DNA from: Escherichia coli
Lineage (GTDB): Bacteria; Pseudomonadota; Gammaproteobacteria; Enterobacterales; Enterobacteriaceae
Direction: 5' to 3' (one strand)
Assembly: GCF_024223415.1 (NCBI RefSeq)
Contig: NZ_CP100500.1
DNA length: 64,000 nt
Shown: positions 1 to 9,678 of the stretch, piece by piece
Position numbering within the stretch: position 1 is the first letter of the stretch
Layout of the letters: each line of letters starts with the position of its first letter
Notes under the pieces: generated by a model
What the model saw: the letters and a program-made list of their open reading frames with translations, nothing else
Database searches by the model: none
Told to the model about the DNA's origin: nothing
Position numbers and translations under genes: made by a program

Positions 1-391
1 TCATCATTAAGAGGCGGCGAAGTAACTAAATGTGATAACACTATATCGACTTCACCTTCTTCCAGCGCGTCCATTGCTTTTTGATGATCGGCGTATTCCC
101 GGAGTGTTAATTTGATATTTAACGCTCTTTTTAAAAGATTTAAATAATCAGCATTAATACCACGAACCCGTTGCTGCGAATCGGTATGCAACAACGTAGC
201 CGTTTGGGACTTGTGTACTGCAATCACAAGATTTTTTTTGCTCGCTAACCAACGTAATTCCTTGTTGCTCAGACGTAGTGGATCAAGTGTGACACGGTTG
301 TTACTACTGATGCCACGGTATTCGATGTAATCTTCGTCTGCGAAACTTATGGTCGACCAAAGACCACAACAGAGAAGAAAAATATAGGGTA
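1..391 (-). CDS. evgS: Sensor histidine kinase EvgS, N-terminal portion (gene runs off the window at its 3' end)
   Basis: Minus-strand translation from ATG (complement of 389-391) gives MKFLPYIFLLCCGLWSTISFADEDYIEYRGISS..., the EvgS periplasmic N-terminus as I recall it; lies directly downstream of evgA. Confidence 0.85.
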
Positions 392-405
392 AAAACTTCA
401 TGTGG

Positions 406-1020
406 TTAGCCGATTTTGTTACGTTGTGCGAATGTGTAAAGATCCATCAGTGATTTACATTCTAATTTTTCCATCAGGCGACTTTTATAAGTGCTGACAG
501 TTTTGTTGCTGATGAACATTTTTTCAGCAATGTCATTATTATCCTTGCCATCAAGAATATAGCGCATGACACTAATTTCTTGTTTCGATAAGGAGTCGAG
601 TTTTTGCTGGTCGGACGTTAAACTTCCAACAAACCGGTTGAGAGAGAAGGGGAAATAGCAGTAGCCATTTTTTGCAGCTTCAATAGCCGCAATGATATTG
701 TTCATGCCTTCTTTTTTACTCACGAAACCATTAGCGCCAGCATCAGCACAATGTTTCCCGTAAAAATGGTCATTTTTAGCGGAGACGATAATAATAATTC
801 CGCTATATTGGCGCTTCCTCAGCGTTTCTAACACCTGGATACCGTTAACTCCGGGGATATCGACATCAATGATGACGATATCAGGCTTAAGTGTTTCCAC
901 CCGCTGAACGGCACTTCCGCCTTCAGTCAACTCTGCTAAGATTTCAATATCGTTTTTGATCAATAAATTACGAATTGCTGCGATAGCAAGAGGATGGTCA
1001 TCAATAATTATTGCGTTCAT
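406..1020 (-). CDS. evgA: Response regulator EvgA (LuxR/FixJ family, receiver plus HTH)
   Basis: 204-aa ORF MNAIIIDDHPLAIAAIRNLL... with receiver-domain Asp pocket (IIDVDIPGVNG) and C-terminal LuxR-type HTH; divergent from emrK. Confidence 0.93.
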   Translation of the reverse strand: MNAIIIDDHPLAIAAIRNLLIKNDIEILAELTEGGSAVQRVETLKPDIVIIDVDIPGVNGIQVLETLRKRQYSGIIIIVSAKNDHFYGKHCADAGANGFVSKKEGMNNIIAAIEAAKNGYCYFPFSLNRFVGSLTSDQQKLDSLSKQEISVMRYILDGKDNNDIAEKMFISNKTVSTYKSRLMEKLECKSLMDLYTFAQRNKIG

Positions 1021-1244
1021 AGATTATTCCCTTTGCAATGAAGCATCTCCCTTCTCCCTGTAGTAATACAGACATAAGGCATCATCTCATTTTCTCAATA
1101 AAAATAAGAAAATTTGAGCTTCCTTTAAGATAATTCGACAAGTATACCATATAAATAGTCGGCATATATGAAATGTCAACAATAAAATCAGGGATTATAC
1201 CGATGATTTATAGTTTCAAGTTAGCACTATAAGTCTTCTCACTA

Positions 1245-1262
1245 ATCCTACAGGCGTAAGAA
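1245..1262. promoter_or_regulatory. Candidate EvgA box (imperfect inverted repeat ATCCTACAGGCGTAAGAA) in the evgA-emrK divergent promoter region
   Basis: 18-bp inverted repeat resembling the recalled EvgA consensus TTCPyTACA-N2-TGTAPuGAA; position between divergent evgA and emrK starts. Confidence 0.4.
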
Positions 1263-1435
1263 TTGTATTGCAAAAGCCACGGTTTAGTCCTCTGTTGTTT
1301 TTTTTGCACCTCATTTAAATTAGGCCTCCAACGTTCCTGGGATAATGTGCAACACATGCACTGTGTTTGATATGAAGAATGAATACTCTTTTCATTCAAT
1401 TCATAAATTTCATCTATGCGAAATGAGAGATAATA

Positions 1436-2599
1436 GTGGAACAGATTAATTCAAATAAAAAACATTCTAACAGAAGAAAATACTTTTCTTTATTGGCGAT
1501 AGTTTTATTTATTGCGTTTTCAGGTGCTTATGCCTATTGGTCAATGGAATTAGAAGACATGATTAGTACAGATGACGCCTATGTCACGGGGAATGCAGAT
1601 CCAATTTCTGCACAAGTCTCAGGTAGTGTCACTGTAGTTAATCATAAAGATACGAACTACGTTCGACAGGGTGACATTTTAGTTTCACTGGATAAAACTG
1701 ATGCCACTATCGCACTCAATAAAGCTAAAAATAATCTGGCAAATATTGTTCGGCAAACGAATAAACTGTACTTACAGGATAAACAATACAGTGCCGAAGT
1801 CGCTTCAGCACGTATTCAGTATCAACAATCTTTAGAAGATTATAACCGTCGTGTGCCTTTAGCGAAGCAGGGGGTTATTTCAAAAGAAACGCTGGAGCAT
1901 ACCAAAGATACGTTAATAAGTAGCAAAGCGGCATTGAATGCCGCTATCCAGGCTTATAAAGCGAATAAAGCTTTAGTAATGAACACACCATTAAACCGTC
2001 AGCCACAAGTCGTTGAAGCTGCGGATGCAACCAAAGAAGCCTGGTTGGCGCTTAAACGTACGGATATTAAGAGTCCGGTTACCGGCTATATTGCCCAGAG
2101 AAGTGTTCAGGTCGGCGAAACAGTGAGCCCCGGACAATCGTTAATGGCTGTCGTACCGGCACGTCAAATGTGGGTTAATGCCAACTTTAAAGAAACACAA
2201 CTCACGGATGTACGGATTGGTCAATCGGTCAATATTATCAGCGATCTTTATGGTGAAAATGTTGTGTTTCATGGCCGGGTGACAGGGATCAATATGGGAA
2301 CCGGCAATGCGTTCTCCTTATTACCTGCACAAAATGCGACAGGGAACTGGATCAAAATCGTTCAGCGTGTACCGGTTGAAGTTTCTCTTGATCCAAAAGA
2401 ACTCATGGAACACCCCTTGCGCATTGGTTTATCGATGACTGCAACTATTGATATGAAGGACGAAGACATTGCTGAGATGCCTGATCTGGCTTCAACCGTG
2501 ACCTCCATGCCTGCTTATACCAGTAAGGCTTTAGTTATCGATACCAGTCCGATAGAAAAAGAAATTAGCAACATTATTTCGCATAATGGACAACTTTAA
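1436..2599 (+). CDS. emrK: Multidrug efflux membrane fusion protein EmrK (EmrA paralog)
   Basis: 387-aa ORF with N-terminal TM anchor and HlyD/EmrA-like coiled-coil; stop overlaps emrY start (TAATG). Confidence 0.92.
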   Translation: MEQINSNKKHSNRRKYFSLLAIVLFIAFSGAYAYWSMELEDMISTDDAYVTGNADPISAQVSGSVTVVNHKDTNYVRQGDILVSLDKTDATIALNKAKNNLANIVRQTNKLYLQDKQYSAEVASARIQYQQSLEDYNRRVPLAKQGVISKETLEHTKDTLISSKAALNAAIQAYKANKALVMNTPLNRQPQVVEAADATKEAWLALKRTDIKSPVTGYIAQRSVQVGETVSPGQSLMAVVPARQMWVNANFKETQLTDVRIGQSVNIISDLYGENVVFHGRVTGINMGTGNAFSLLPAQNATGNWIKIVQRVPVEVSLDPKELMEHPLRIGLSMTATIDMKDEDIAEMPDLASTVTSMPAYTSKALVIDTSPIEKEISNIISHNGQL

Positions 2600-4137
2600 T
2601 GGCAATCACTAAATCAACTCCGGCACCATTAACCGGTGGGACGTTATGGTGCGTCACTATTGCATTGTCATTAGCGACGTTTATGCAAATGTTGGATTCC
2701 ACTATTTCTAACGTCGCAATACCGACAATATCTGGCTTTCTGGGAGCATCAACAGACGAAGGCACCTGGGTTATCACCTCGTTTGGCGTAGCAAATGCCA
2801 TTGCGATCCCTGTTACCGGCAGGCTGGCACAAAGAATAGGCGAATTAAGGTTATTTTTACTTTCAGTCACTTTTTTTTCGCTGTCTTCCTTAATGTGTAG
2901 TTTATCGACCAATCTTGATGTGCTGATATTTTTTAGAGTCGTTCAGGGATTAATGGCGGGGCCGTTAATTCCACTGTCACAGAGTTTATTATTAAGGAAT
3001 TATCCACCAGAAAAAAGAACATTTGCTCTGGCATTATGGTCTATGACCGTGATTATCGCTCCGATATGTGGGCCGATATTAGGCGGTTATATTTGTGATA
3101 ACTTTAGCTGGGGTTGGATATTTTTAATCAATGTCCCTATGGGGATTATCGTCCTGACATTATGCTTAACCTTACTTAAAGGAAGAGAAACTGAGACTTC
3201 ACCGGTCAAAATGAATCTACCAGGACTGACCCTGTTAGTGCTCGGTGTTGGTGGCTTGCAAATTATGCTTGATAAAGGGCGCGATCTGGATTGGTTCAAC
3301 TCGAGTACAATAATAATATTAACAGTAGTATCAGTTATTTCTCTGATCTCTTTAGTCATTTGGGAGTCGACCTCAGAGAACCCGATTCTTGATCTCAGTT
3401 TGTTTAAGTCCCGTAACTTCACCATTGGTATTGTGAGTATCACATGCGCGTATTTATTTTACTCTGGAGCGATAGTCCTTATGCCGCAGTTACTCCAGGA
3501 AACAATGGGGTATAATGCGATTTGGGCTGGGCTTGCTTATGCGCCCATCGGCATCATGCCGCTATTAATATCACCTTTGATAGGACGTTATGGCAACAAA
3601 ATTGATATGCGGTTGTTGGTGACATTTAGTTTTTTAATGTATGCGGTTTGCTATTACTGGCGTTCTGTGACATTTATGCCAACGATTGATTTTACAGGCA
3701 TCATTTTGCCACAGTTTTTTCAGGGATTCGCCGTCGCCTGTTTCTTTTTACCCTTAACAACGATTTCGTTTTCAGGTTTGCCAGATAATAAATTTGCCAA
3801 TGCCTCGAGTATGAGTAATTTTTTTCGTACCTTGTCAGGATCAGTTGGTACGTCGTTGACAATGACGCTGTGGGGACGCCGAGAATCATTACACCATAGT
3901 CAGTTGACAGCAACCATCGATCAATTTAACCCCGTGTTTAATTCATCGTCACAAATTATGGATAAATACTATGGTTCGCTTTCAGGGGTTCTTAATGAAA
4001 TTAATAATGAAATAACTCAGCAGTCACTTTCAATTTCTGCAAATGAGATTTTCCGTATGGCGGCTATTGCTTTTATCTTACTTACGGTATTGGTTTGGTT
4101 TGCGAAACCGCCGTTTACAGCGAAAGGTGTTGGGTGA
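2599..4137 (+). CDS. emrY: MFS multidrug efflux pump EmrY (EmrB paralog, 14-TMS DHA2 family)
   Basis: 512-aa highly hydrophobic ORF MAITKSTPAPLTGGTLWCVTIAL...; operon partner of emrK. Confidence 0.92.
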   Translation: MAITKSTPAPLTGGTLWCVTIALSLATFMQMLDSTISNVAIPTISGFLGASTDEGTWVITSFGVANAIAIPVTGRLAQRIGELRLFLLSVTFFSLSSLMCSLSTNLDVLIFFRVVQGLMAGPLIPLSQSLLLRNYPPEKRTFALALWSMTVIIAPICGPILGGYICDNFSWGWIFLINVPMGIIVLTLCLTLLKGRETETSPVKMNLPGLTLLVLGVGGLQIMLDKGRDLDWFNSSTIIILTVVSVISLISLVIWESTSENPILDLSLFKSRNFTIGIVSITCAYLFYSGAIVLMPQLLQETMGYNAIWAGLAYAPIGIMPLLISPLIGRYGNKIDMRLLVTFSFLMYAVCYYWRSVTFMPTIDFTGIILPQFFQGFAVACFFLPLTTISFSGLPDNKFANASSMSNFFRTLSGSVGTSLTMTLWGRRESLHHSQLTATIDQFNPVFNSSSQIMDKYYGSLSGVLNEINNEITQQSLSISANEIFRMAAIAFILLTVLVWFAKPPFTAKGVG

Positions 4138-4245
4138 TGGTAAAAAGAGAGAGCTATAGCAGGTAAGACGGTAGAATCTTAAGCCTGCGCCATCGGCAGC
4201 ATCGCTCACCCAGGGAAAGGATGGCGATGCTGCATTGAAAATTAA

Positions 4246-5574
4246 TTAGCGGCCTTTTGCCAGATATTGCTCCATCTCTTCTTCCGGCACCATTCCACCT
4301 CCCGTCGCCCACACCAGATGAGTGGCATTACGCAGTTGTTCTGCGCTGAAACCGTGCATCTGTTGGTAACTTACTGATGCGCACACGCGCTGAGGCCCGG
4401 CCATACCCGCCAGTGCCGAAGGTTCAAGACGAATACCTTCTTCCTGCGTCAGCCAGCCAAGCATGTCATACATGGTTGGATCGCTAAGGGTATAGAAGCC
4501 ATCCAGCAGACGCTCCATTGCCCGCCCGACAAAGCCTGATGCGCGACCAACAGCAAGGCCATCCGCTGCGGTAAGGTTGTCGATACCAATATCCTGAACA
4601 GAGATCTGATCGTGTAATCCTGTATGGACGCCTAACAGCATACAAGGGGAGTGCGTTGGTTCGGCAAAAAAACAGTGAACATGATCGCCAAACGCCAGTT
4701 TAAGTCCGAATGCGACGCCACCAGGACCACCGCCAACACCACACGGCAGATAGACAAACAGAGGGTTATCAGCATCGACGATACGACCTTGCTCGGCAAA
4801 TTGCGCTTTAAGACGCTGGCCAGCGACGGAATACCCAAGGAACAACGTGCGGGAATTTTCGTCATCAATAAAGAAACAGTTCGGGTCAGACTGCGCTGCT
4901 TTACGTCCTTCCTCGACGGCAACACCATAATCTTGCTCATATTCCACGACCGTAACGCCATGGCTGCGCAGTTTCGCTTTTTTCCATGCCCGGGCATCAG
5001 CAGACATATGCACTGTCACCTTAAAGCCAATGCGGGCGCTCATAATGCCGATTGATAACCCCAGATTTCCGGTTGAGCCCACAGCAATGCTGTATTGGCT
5101 AAAGAACTGTTTAAACTCCGGAGAAAGCAGTTTGCTGTAGTCATCATCAAGCGTCAGCAACCCCGCTTCCAGAGCCAGTTTTTCTGCGTGTGCCAGGACT
5201 TCATAAATCCCGCCGCGTGCTTTTATGGAGCCGGAAATGGGCAAATGGCTATCTTTTTTCAGTAACAGTTGCCCGCTGATCGGTTGTTGATATTCCTTTT
5301 CCAGCCGTTTTTGCATAGCCGGAATGGCAACCAGTTCTGATTCAATAATCCCCCCAGTGGCAGCAGTTTCAGGAAATGCTTTTGCCAGATAGGGTGCAAA
5401 ACGGGATAAGCGCGCATGGGCGTCCTGAACATCCTGTTCGGTCAGGCCAACATAAGGTAAACCTTCAGCCAATGAGGTCGTGCCAGGATTAAACCAGGTG
5501 GTTTCTTTAAGAGCAACCAGATCCTTTACCAACGGATACTGGGCGATGAGCGAGTTCATTTTAGCGTTTTCCAT
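4246..5574 (-). CDS. dsdA: D-serine dehydratase (PLP-dependent)
   Basis: 442-aa [22 protein letters not shown]... with PLP-lysine motif region SGSIKARGG; convergent with emrY. Confidence 0.93.
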   Translation of the reverse strand: MENAKMNSLIAQYPLVKDLVALKETTWFNPGTTSLAEGLPYVGLTEQDVQDAHARLSRFAPYLAKAFPETAATGGIIESELVAIPAMQKRLEKEYQQPISGQLLLKKDSHLPISGSIKARGGIYEVLAHAEKLALEAGLLTLDDDYSKLLSPEFKQFFSQYSIAVGSTGNLGLSIGIMSARIGFKVTVHMSADARAWKKAKLRSHGVTVVEYEQDYGVAVEEGRKAAQSDPNCFFIDDENSRTLFLGYSVAGQRLKAQFAEQGRIVDADNPLFVYLPCGVGGGPGGVAFGLKLAFGDHVHCFFAEPTHSPCMLLGVHTGLHDQISVQDIGIDNLTAADGLAVGRASGFVGRAMERLLDGFYTLSDPTMYDMLGWLTQEEGIRLEPSALAGMAGPQRVCASVSYQQMHGFSAEQLRNATHLVWATGGGMVPEEEMEQYLAKGR

Positions 5575-5591
5575 AGTACGTCTCTTTGCGC

Positions 5592-5810
5592 TTAGATGAT
5601 AAATGACAGCAGGAATGTGCCCGCCAGAGCGACGACTGAAGCGATAAATGTCGCTGTCGTATAGTATTTAAATGTTTCATTGAGCGTAGCGCCGCAATAT
5701 TGCTTCACCAGCCAGAAAAGCGAGTCCGTAACGATCGTGCAGCCAATCGCGCCTGAACCGATAGCAATCGTAATAATTTCCGGGCTGATGTCGGGATACA
5801 GCGGCAGCAC
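5592..5810 (-). pseudogene. dsdX: 3' remnant of D-serine permease gene dsdX (GntP family), truncated at the csc island junction
   Basis: 72-aa hydrophobic ORF ending ...[18 protein letters not shown] immediately upstream of dsdA, matching a GntP-type C-terminus; no full-length permease ORF upstream; similarity is lost near 5810-5830 where cscR upstream sequence begins. Confidence 0.7.
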
Positions 5811-6040
5811 AATGATCCATATTTATATTTTCTTCTCCAGGTTGGCGATGCCAGTTGGCATGTTTTACTTACTTGCCTATATGGTTACTCGTTGGCGAGA
5901 ACAGAGGCGGAATTGGGGACAATTGTCCGGGAATTATTGTTATTTTTTATTGTATTGCCGTGTCAGGTGATAGGGCGTTGGATCTCGCCAGTGACGTCTG
6001 TTTCTGCTACAGTGCCCGTTTTACGGCAAACGGCTTGGAT

Positions 6041-7036
6041 ATGGCTTCATTAAAGGATGTCGCACGCCTGGCGGGAGTGTCGATGATGACAGTCTCCCGG
6101 GTGATGCATAATGCAGAATCTGTGCGTCCTGCAACGCGTGACCGCGTATTGCAGGCAATCCAGACCCTGAATTATGTTCCTGATCTTTCCGCCCGTAAGA
6201 TGCGCGCTCAAGGACGTAAGCCGTCGACTCTCGCCGTGCTGGCGCAGGACACTGCTACCACTCCTTTCTCTGTTGATATTCTGCTTGCCATTGAGCAAAC
6301 CGCCAGCGAGTTCGGCTGGAATAGTTTTTTAATCAATATTTTTTCTGAAGATGACGCTGCCCGCGCGGCACGTCAGCTGCTTGCTCACCGTCCGGATGGC
6401 ATTATCTATACTACAATGGGGCTGCGACATATCACGCTGCCTGAGTCTCTGTATGGTGAAAATATTGTATTGGCGAACTGTGTGGCGGATGACCCAGCGT
6501 TACCCAGTTATATCCCTGATGATTACACTGCACAATATGAATCAACACAGCATTTGCTCGCGGCGGGCTATCGTCAACCGTTATGCTTCTGGCTACCGGA
6601 AAGTGCGTTGGCAACAGGGTATCGTCGGCAGGGATTTGAGCAGGCCTGGCGTGATGCTGGACGAGATCTGGCTGAGGTGAAACAATTTCACATGGCAACA
6701 GGTGATGATCACTACACCGATCTCGCAAGTTTACTCAATGACCACTTCAAATCGGGCAAACCAGATTTTGATGTTCTGATATGTGGTAACGATCGCGCAG
6801 CCTTTGTGGCTTATCAGGTTCTCCTGGCGAAGGGGGTACGTATCCCGCAGGATGTCGCCGTAATGGGCTTTGATAATCTGGTTGGCGTCGGGCATCTGTT
6901 TTTACCGCCGCTGACCACAATTCAGCTTCCACATGACATTATCGGGCGGGAAGCTGCATTGCATATTATTGAAGGTCGTGAAGGGGGAAGTGTGACGCGG
7001 ATCCCTTGCCCGCTGTTGATCCGTTGTTCCACCTGA
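6041..7036 (+). CDS. cscR: Sucrose operon repressor CscR (LacI/GalR family)
   Basis: ORF contains MASLKDVARLAGVSMMTVSRVMHN (LacI-type HTH) followed by a periplasmic-binding-like domain; start placed at internal ATG 6041 rather than the ORF-track start 5855. Confidence 0.88.
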   Translation: MASLKDVARLAGVSMMTVSRVMHNAESVRPATRDRVLQAIQTLNYVPDLSARKMRAQGRKPSTLAVLAQDTATTPFSVDILLAIEQTASEFGWNSFLINIFSEDDAARAARQLLAHRPDGIIYTTMGLRHITLPESLYGENIVLANCVADDPALPSYIPDDYTAQYESTQHLLAAGYRQPLCFWLPESALATGYRRQGFEQAWRDAGRDLAEVKQFHMATGDDHYTDLASLLNDHFKSGKPDFDVLICGNDRAAFVAYQVLLAKGVRIPQDVAVMGFDNLVGVGHLFLPPLTTIQLPHDIIGREAALHIIEGREGGSVTRIPCPLLIRCST

Positions 7037-7043
7037 TATTATG

Positions 7044-8477
7044 CTAACCCAGTTGCCAGAGTGCTCCATGTTGCACCACAGCCACTCCGTGGGAGGCATA
7101 AAGCGACAGTTCCCGTTCTTCTGGCTGCGGATAGATTCGACTACTCATCACCGCTTCCCCGTCGTTAATAAATACTTCCACGGATGATGTATCGATAAAT
7201 ATCCTTAGGGCGAGCGTCTCACCCTGCGGGAGGAGAATACTACGGTAGCCGTCTAAATTCTCGTGTGGGTAATACCGCCACAAAACAAGTCGCTCAGATT
7301 GGTTATCAATATACAGCCGCATTCCTGTGCCGAGCTGTAATCCGTAATGTTCGGCATCACTGTTCTTCAGCGCCCACTGCAACTGAATCTCAACTGCTTG
7401 CGCGTTTTCCTGCAAAACATATTTATTGCTGATTGTGCGGGGAGAGATAGATTGATGCTGCTGGCGTAACGACTCAGCTTCGTGTACCGGGCGTTGTAGA
7501 AGTTTGCCATTGCTCTCTGATAGCTCGCGCGCCAGCGTCATGCAGCCTGCCCAGCCTTCACGTTTTGAGGGCATTGGCGATTCCCACATATCCATCCAGC
7601 CGATAACAATACGCCGACCATCCTTCGCTACAAAGCTTTGTGGTGCATAAAAGTCATGCCCGTTATCAAGTTCAGTAAAATGCCCGGATTGTGCAAAAAG
7701 TCGTCCTGGCGACCACATTTCGGGTATTACGCCACTTTGAAAGCGATTTCGGTAACTGTATCCCTCGGCCTTCATTCCCTGCGGGGAAAACATCAGATAA
7801 TGCTGATCGCCAAGGCTGAAAAAGTCCGGACATTCCCACATATAGCTTTCACCCGCATCAGCGTGGGCCAGTACGCGATCGAAAGTCCATTCACGTAATG
7901 AACTGCCGCGATAAAGCAGGATCTGCCCCGTGTTGCCTGGGTCTTTCGCCCCGACTACCATCCACCATGAGTCGGCTTCACGCCACACTTTAGGATCGCG
8001 GAAGTGCATGATTCCTTCTGGTGGAGTGAGGATCACACCCTGTTTCTCGAAATGAATACCATCCCGACTGGTAGCCAGACATTGTACTTCGCGAATTGCA
8101 TCGTCATTACCTGCACCATCGAGCCAGACGTGTCCGGTGTAGATAAGTGAGAGGACACCATTGTCATCGACAGCACTACCTGAAAAACACCCGTCTTTGT
8201 CATTCTCGTCTCCTGGCGCTAGCGCAATAGGCTCATGCTGCCAGTGGATCATATCGTCGCTGGTGGCATGTCCCCAGTGCATTGGCCCCCAGTGTTCGCT
8301 CATCGGGTGATGTTGATAAAACGCGTGATAACGATTGTTAAACCAGATCAGGCCGTTTGGATCGTTCATCCACCCGGCAGGAGGCGCGAGGTGAAAATGG
8401 GGATAGAAAGTGTTACCTCGGCGCTCGTGAAGTTTTGCTAGTGCGTTTTGCGCCGCATGCAATCGAGATTGCGTCAT
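7044..8477 (-). CDS. cscA: Sucrose-6-phosphate hydrolase / invertase CscA (GH32)
   Basis: GH32 motifs WMNDPNG, FRDP and WECPD present; start placed at MTQSRL (477 aa); ORF track gives a 3-codon longer alternative (8486). Confidence 0.9.
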   Translation of the reverse strand: MTQSRLHAAQNALAKLHERRGNTFYPHFHLAPPAGWMNDPNGLIWFNNRYHAFYQHHPMSEHWGPMHWGHATSDDMIHWQHEPIALAPGDENDKDGCFSGSAVDDNGVLSLIYTGHVWLDGAGNDDAIREVQCLATSRDGIHFEKQGVILTPPEGIMHFRDPKVWREADSWWMVVGAKDPGNTGQILLYRGSSLREWTFDRVLAHADAGESYMWECPDFFSLGDQHYLMFSPQGMKAEGYSYRNRFQSGVIPEMWSPGRLFAQSGHFTELDNGHDFYAPQSFVAKDGRRIVIGWMDMWESPMPSKREGWAGCMTLARELSESNGKLLQRPVHEAESLRQQHQSISPRTISNKYVLQENAQAVEIQLQWALKNSDAEHYGLQLGTGMRLYIDNQSERLVLWRYYPHENLDGYRSILLPQGETLALRIFIDTSSVEVFINDGEAVMSSRIYPQPEERELSLYASHGVAVVQHGALWQLG

Positions 8478-8510
8478 TTTTATCATCCTGGTTAAGCAAA
8501 TTTGGTGAAT

Positions 8511-8523
8511 TGTTAACGTTAAC
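8511..8523. promoter_or_regulatory. Candidate CscR operator 1 (TGTTAACGTTAAC) in cscA-cscK divergent region
   Basis: Exact 13-bp copy of a palindrome-containing motif, repeated 64 bp away, between divergently transcribed cscA and cscK. Confidence 0.4.
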
Positions 8524-8574
8524 TTTAATAAAAATAAAGTCCCTTACTTTCATAAATGCGATGAATATCACAAA

Positions 8575-8587
8575 TGTTAACGTTAAC
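8575..8587. promoter_or_regulatory. Candidate CscR operator 2 (TGTTAACGTTAAC)
   Basis: Second exact copy of the 13-bp motif at 8511-8523. Confidence 0.4.
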
Positions 8588-8692
8588 TATGACATTTTGT
8601 GATCGAATATGCATGTTTTAGTTAATCCATGACGATTTTGCGAAAAAGAGGTTTATCACTATGCGTAAGTCAGATGAATTTAAGGGAAAAAA

Positions 8693-9607
8693 ATGTCAGC
8701 CAAAGTATGGGTTTTAGGGGATGCGGTAGTAGATCTCTTGCCAGAATCAGACGGGCGCCTACTGCCTTGTCCTGGCGGCGCGCCAGCTAACGTTGCGGTG
8801 GGAATCGCCAGATTAGGCGGAATAAGTGGGTTTATAGGTCGGGTCGGTGATGATCCTTTTGGTGCATTAATGCAAAGAACGCTGCTAACTGAGGGAGTCG
8901 ATATCACGTATCTGAAGCAAGATGAATGGCACCGGACATCCACGGTGCTTGTCGATCTGAACGATCAAGGGGAACGTTCATTTACGTTTATGGTCCGCCC
9001 CAGTGCCGATCTTTTTTTAGAGACGACAGACTTGCCCTGCTGGCGACATGGCGAATGGTTACATCTCTGTTCAATTGCGTTGTCTGCCGAGCCTTCGCGT
9101 ACCAGCGCATTTACTGCGATGACGGCGATCCGGCATGCCGGAGGTTTTGTCAGCTTCGATCCCAATATTCGTGAAGATCTATGGCAAGACGAGCATTTGC
9201 TCCGCTTGTGTTTGCGGCAGGCGCTACAACTGGCGGATGTCGTCAAGCTCTCGGAAGAAGAATGGCGACTTATCAGTGGAAAAACACAGAACGATCGGGA
9301 TATATGCGCCCTGGCAAAAGAGTATGAGATCGCCATGCTGTTGGTGACTAAAGGTGCAGAAGGGGTGGTGGTCTGTTATCGAGGACAAGTTCACCATTTT
9401 GCTGGAATGTCTGTGAATTGTGTTGATAGCACGGGGGCGGGAGATGCGTTCGTTGCCGGGTTACTCACAGGTCTGTCCTCTACGGGATTATCTACAGATG
9501 AGAGAGAAATGCGACGAATTATCGATCTCGCTCAACGTTGCGGAGCGCTTGCAGTAACAGCGAAAGGGGCAATGACAGCGCTGCCATGTCGACAAGAACT
9601 GGAATAG
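8693..9607 (+). CDS. cscK: Fructokinase CscK (PfkB/ribokinase family)
   Basis: 304-aa ORF MSAKVWVLGDAVVDLL... with C-terminal DSTGAGDAF sugar-kinase motif. Confidence 0.9.
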   Translation: MSAKVWVLGDAVVDLLPESDGRLLPCPGGAPANVAVGIARLGGISGFIGRVGDDPFGALMQRTLLTEGVDITYLKQDEWHRTSTVLVDLNDQGERSFTFMVRPSADLFLETTDLPCWRHGEWLHLCSIALSAEPSRTSAFTAMTAIRHAGGFVSFDPNIREDLWQDEHLLRLCLRQALQLADVVKLSEEEWRLISGKTQNDRDICALAKEYEIAMLLVTKGAEGVVVCYRGQVHHFAGMSVNCVDSTGAGDAFVAGLLTGLSSTGLSTDEREMRRIIDLAQRCGALAVTAKGAMTALPCRQELE

Positions 9608-9678
9608 TGAGAAGTAAACGGCGAAGTCGCTCTTATCTCTAAATAGGACGTGAATTTTTTAACGACAGGCAGGTAATT

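Noticed and set aside
1208..1399. 63-aa minus-strand ORF in the evgA-emrK intergenic region
   Set aside because: Lies in a divergent promoter region, low-complexity translation, no recognisable features; most likely non-coding.
5855..6040. N-terminal 62-codon extension of the cscR ORF (MACFTYLPIWLL...)
   Set aside because: The LacI-type HTH begins at the internal Met (MASLKDVARLAGVS...); the extension lies in the junction/promoter region and is non-HTH sequence.
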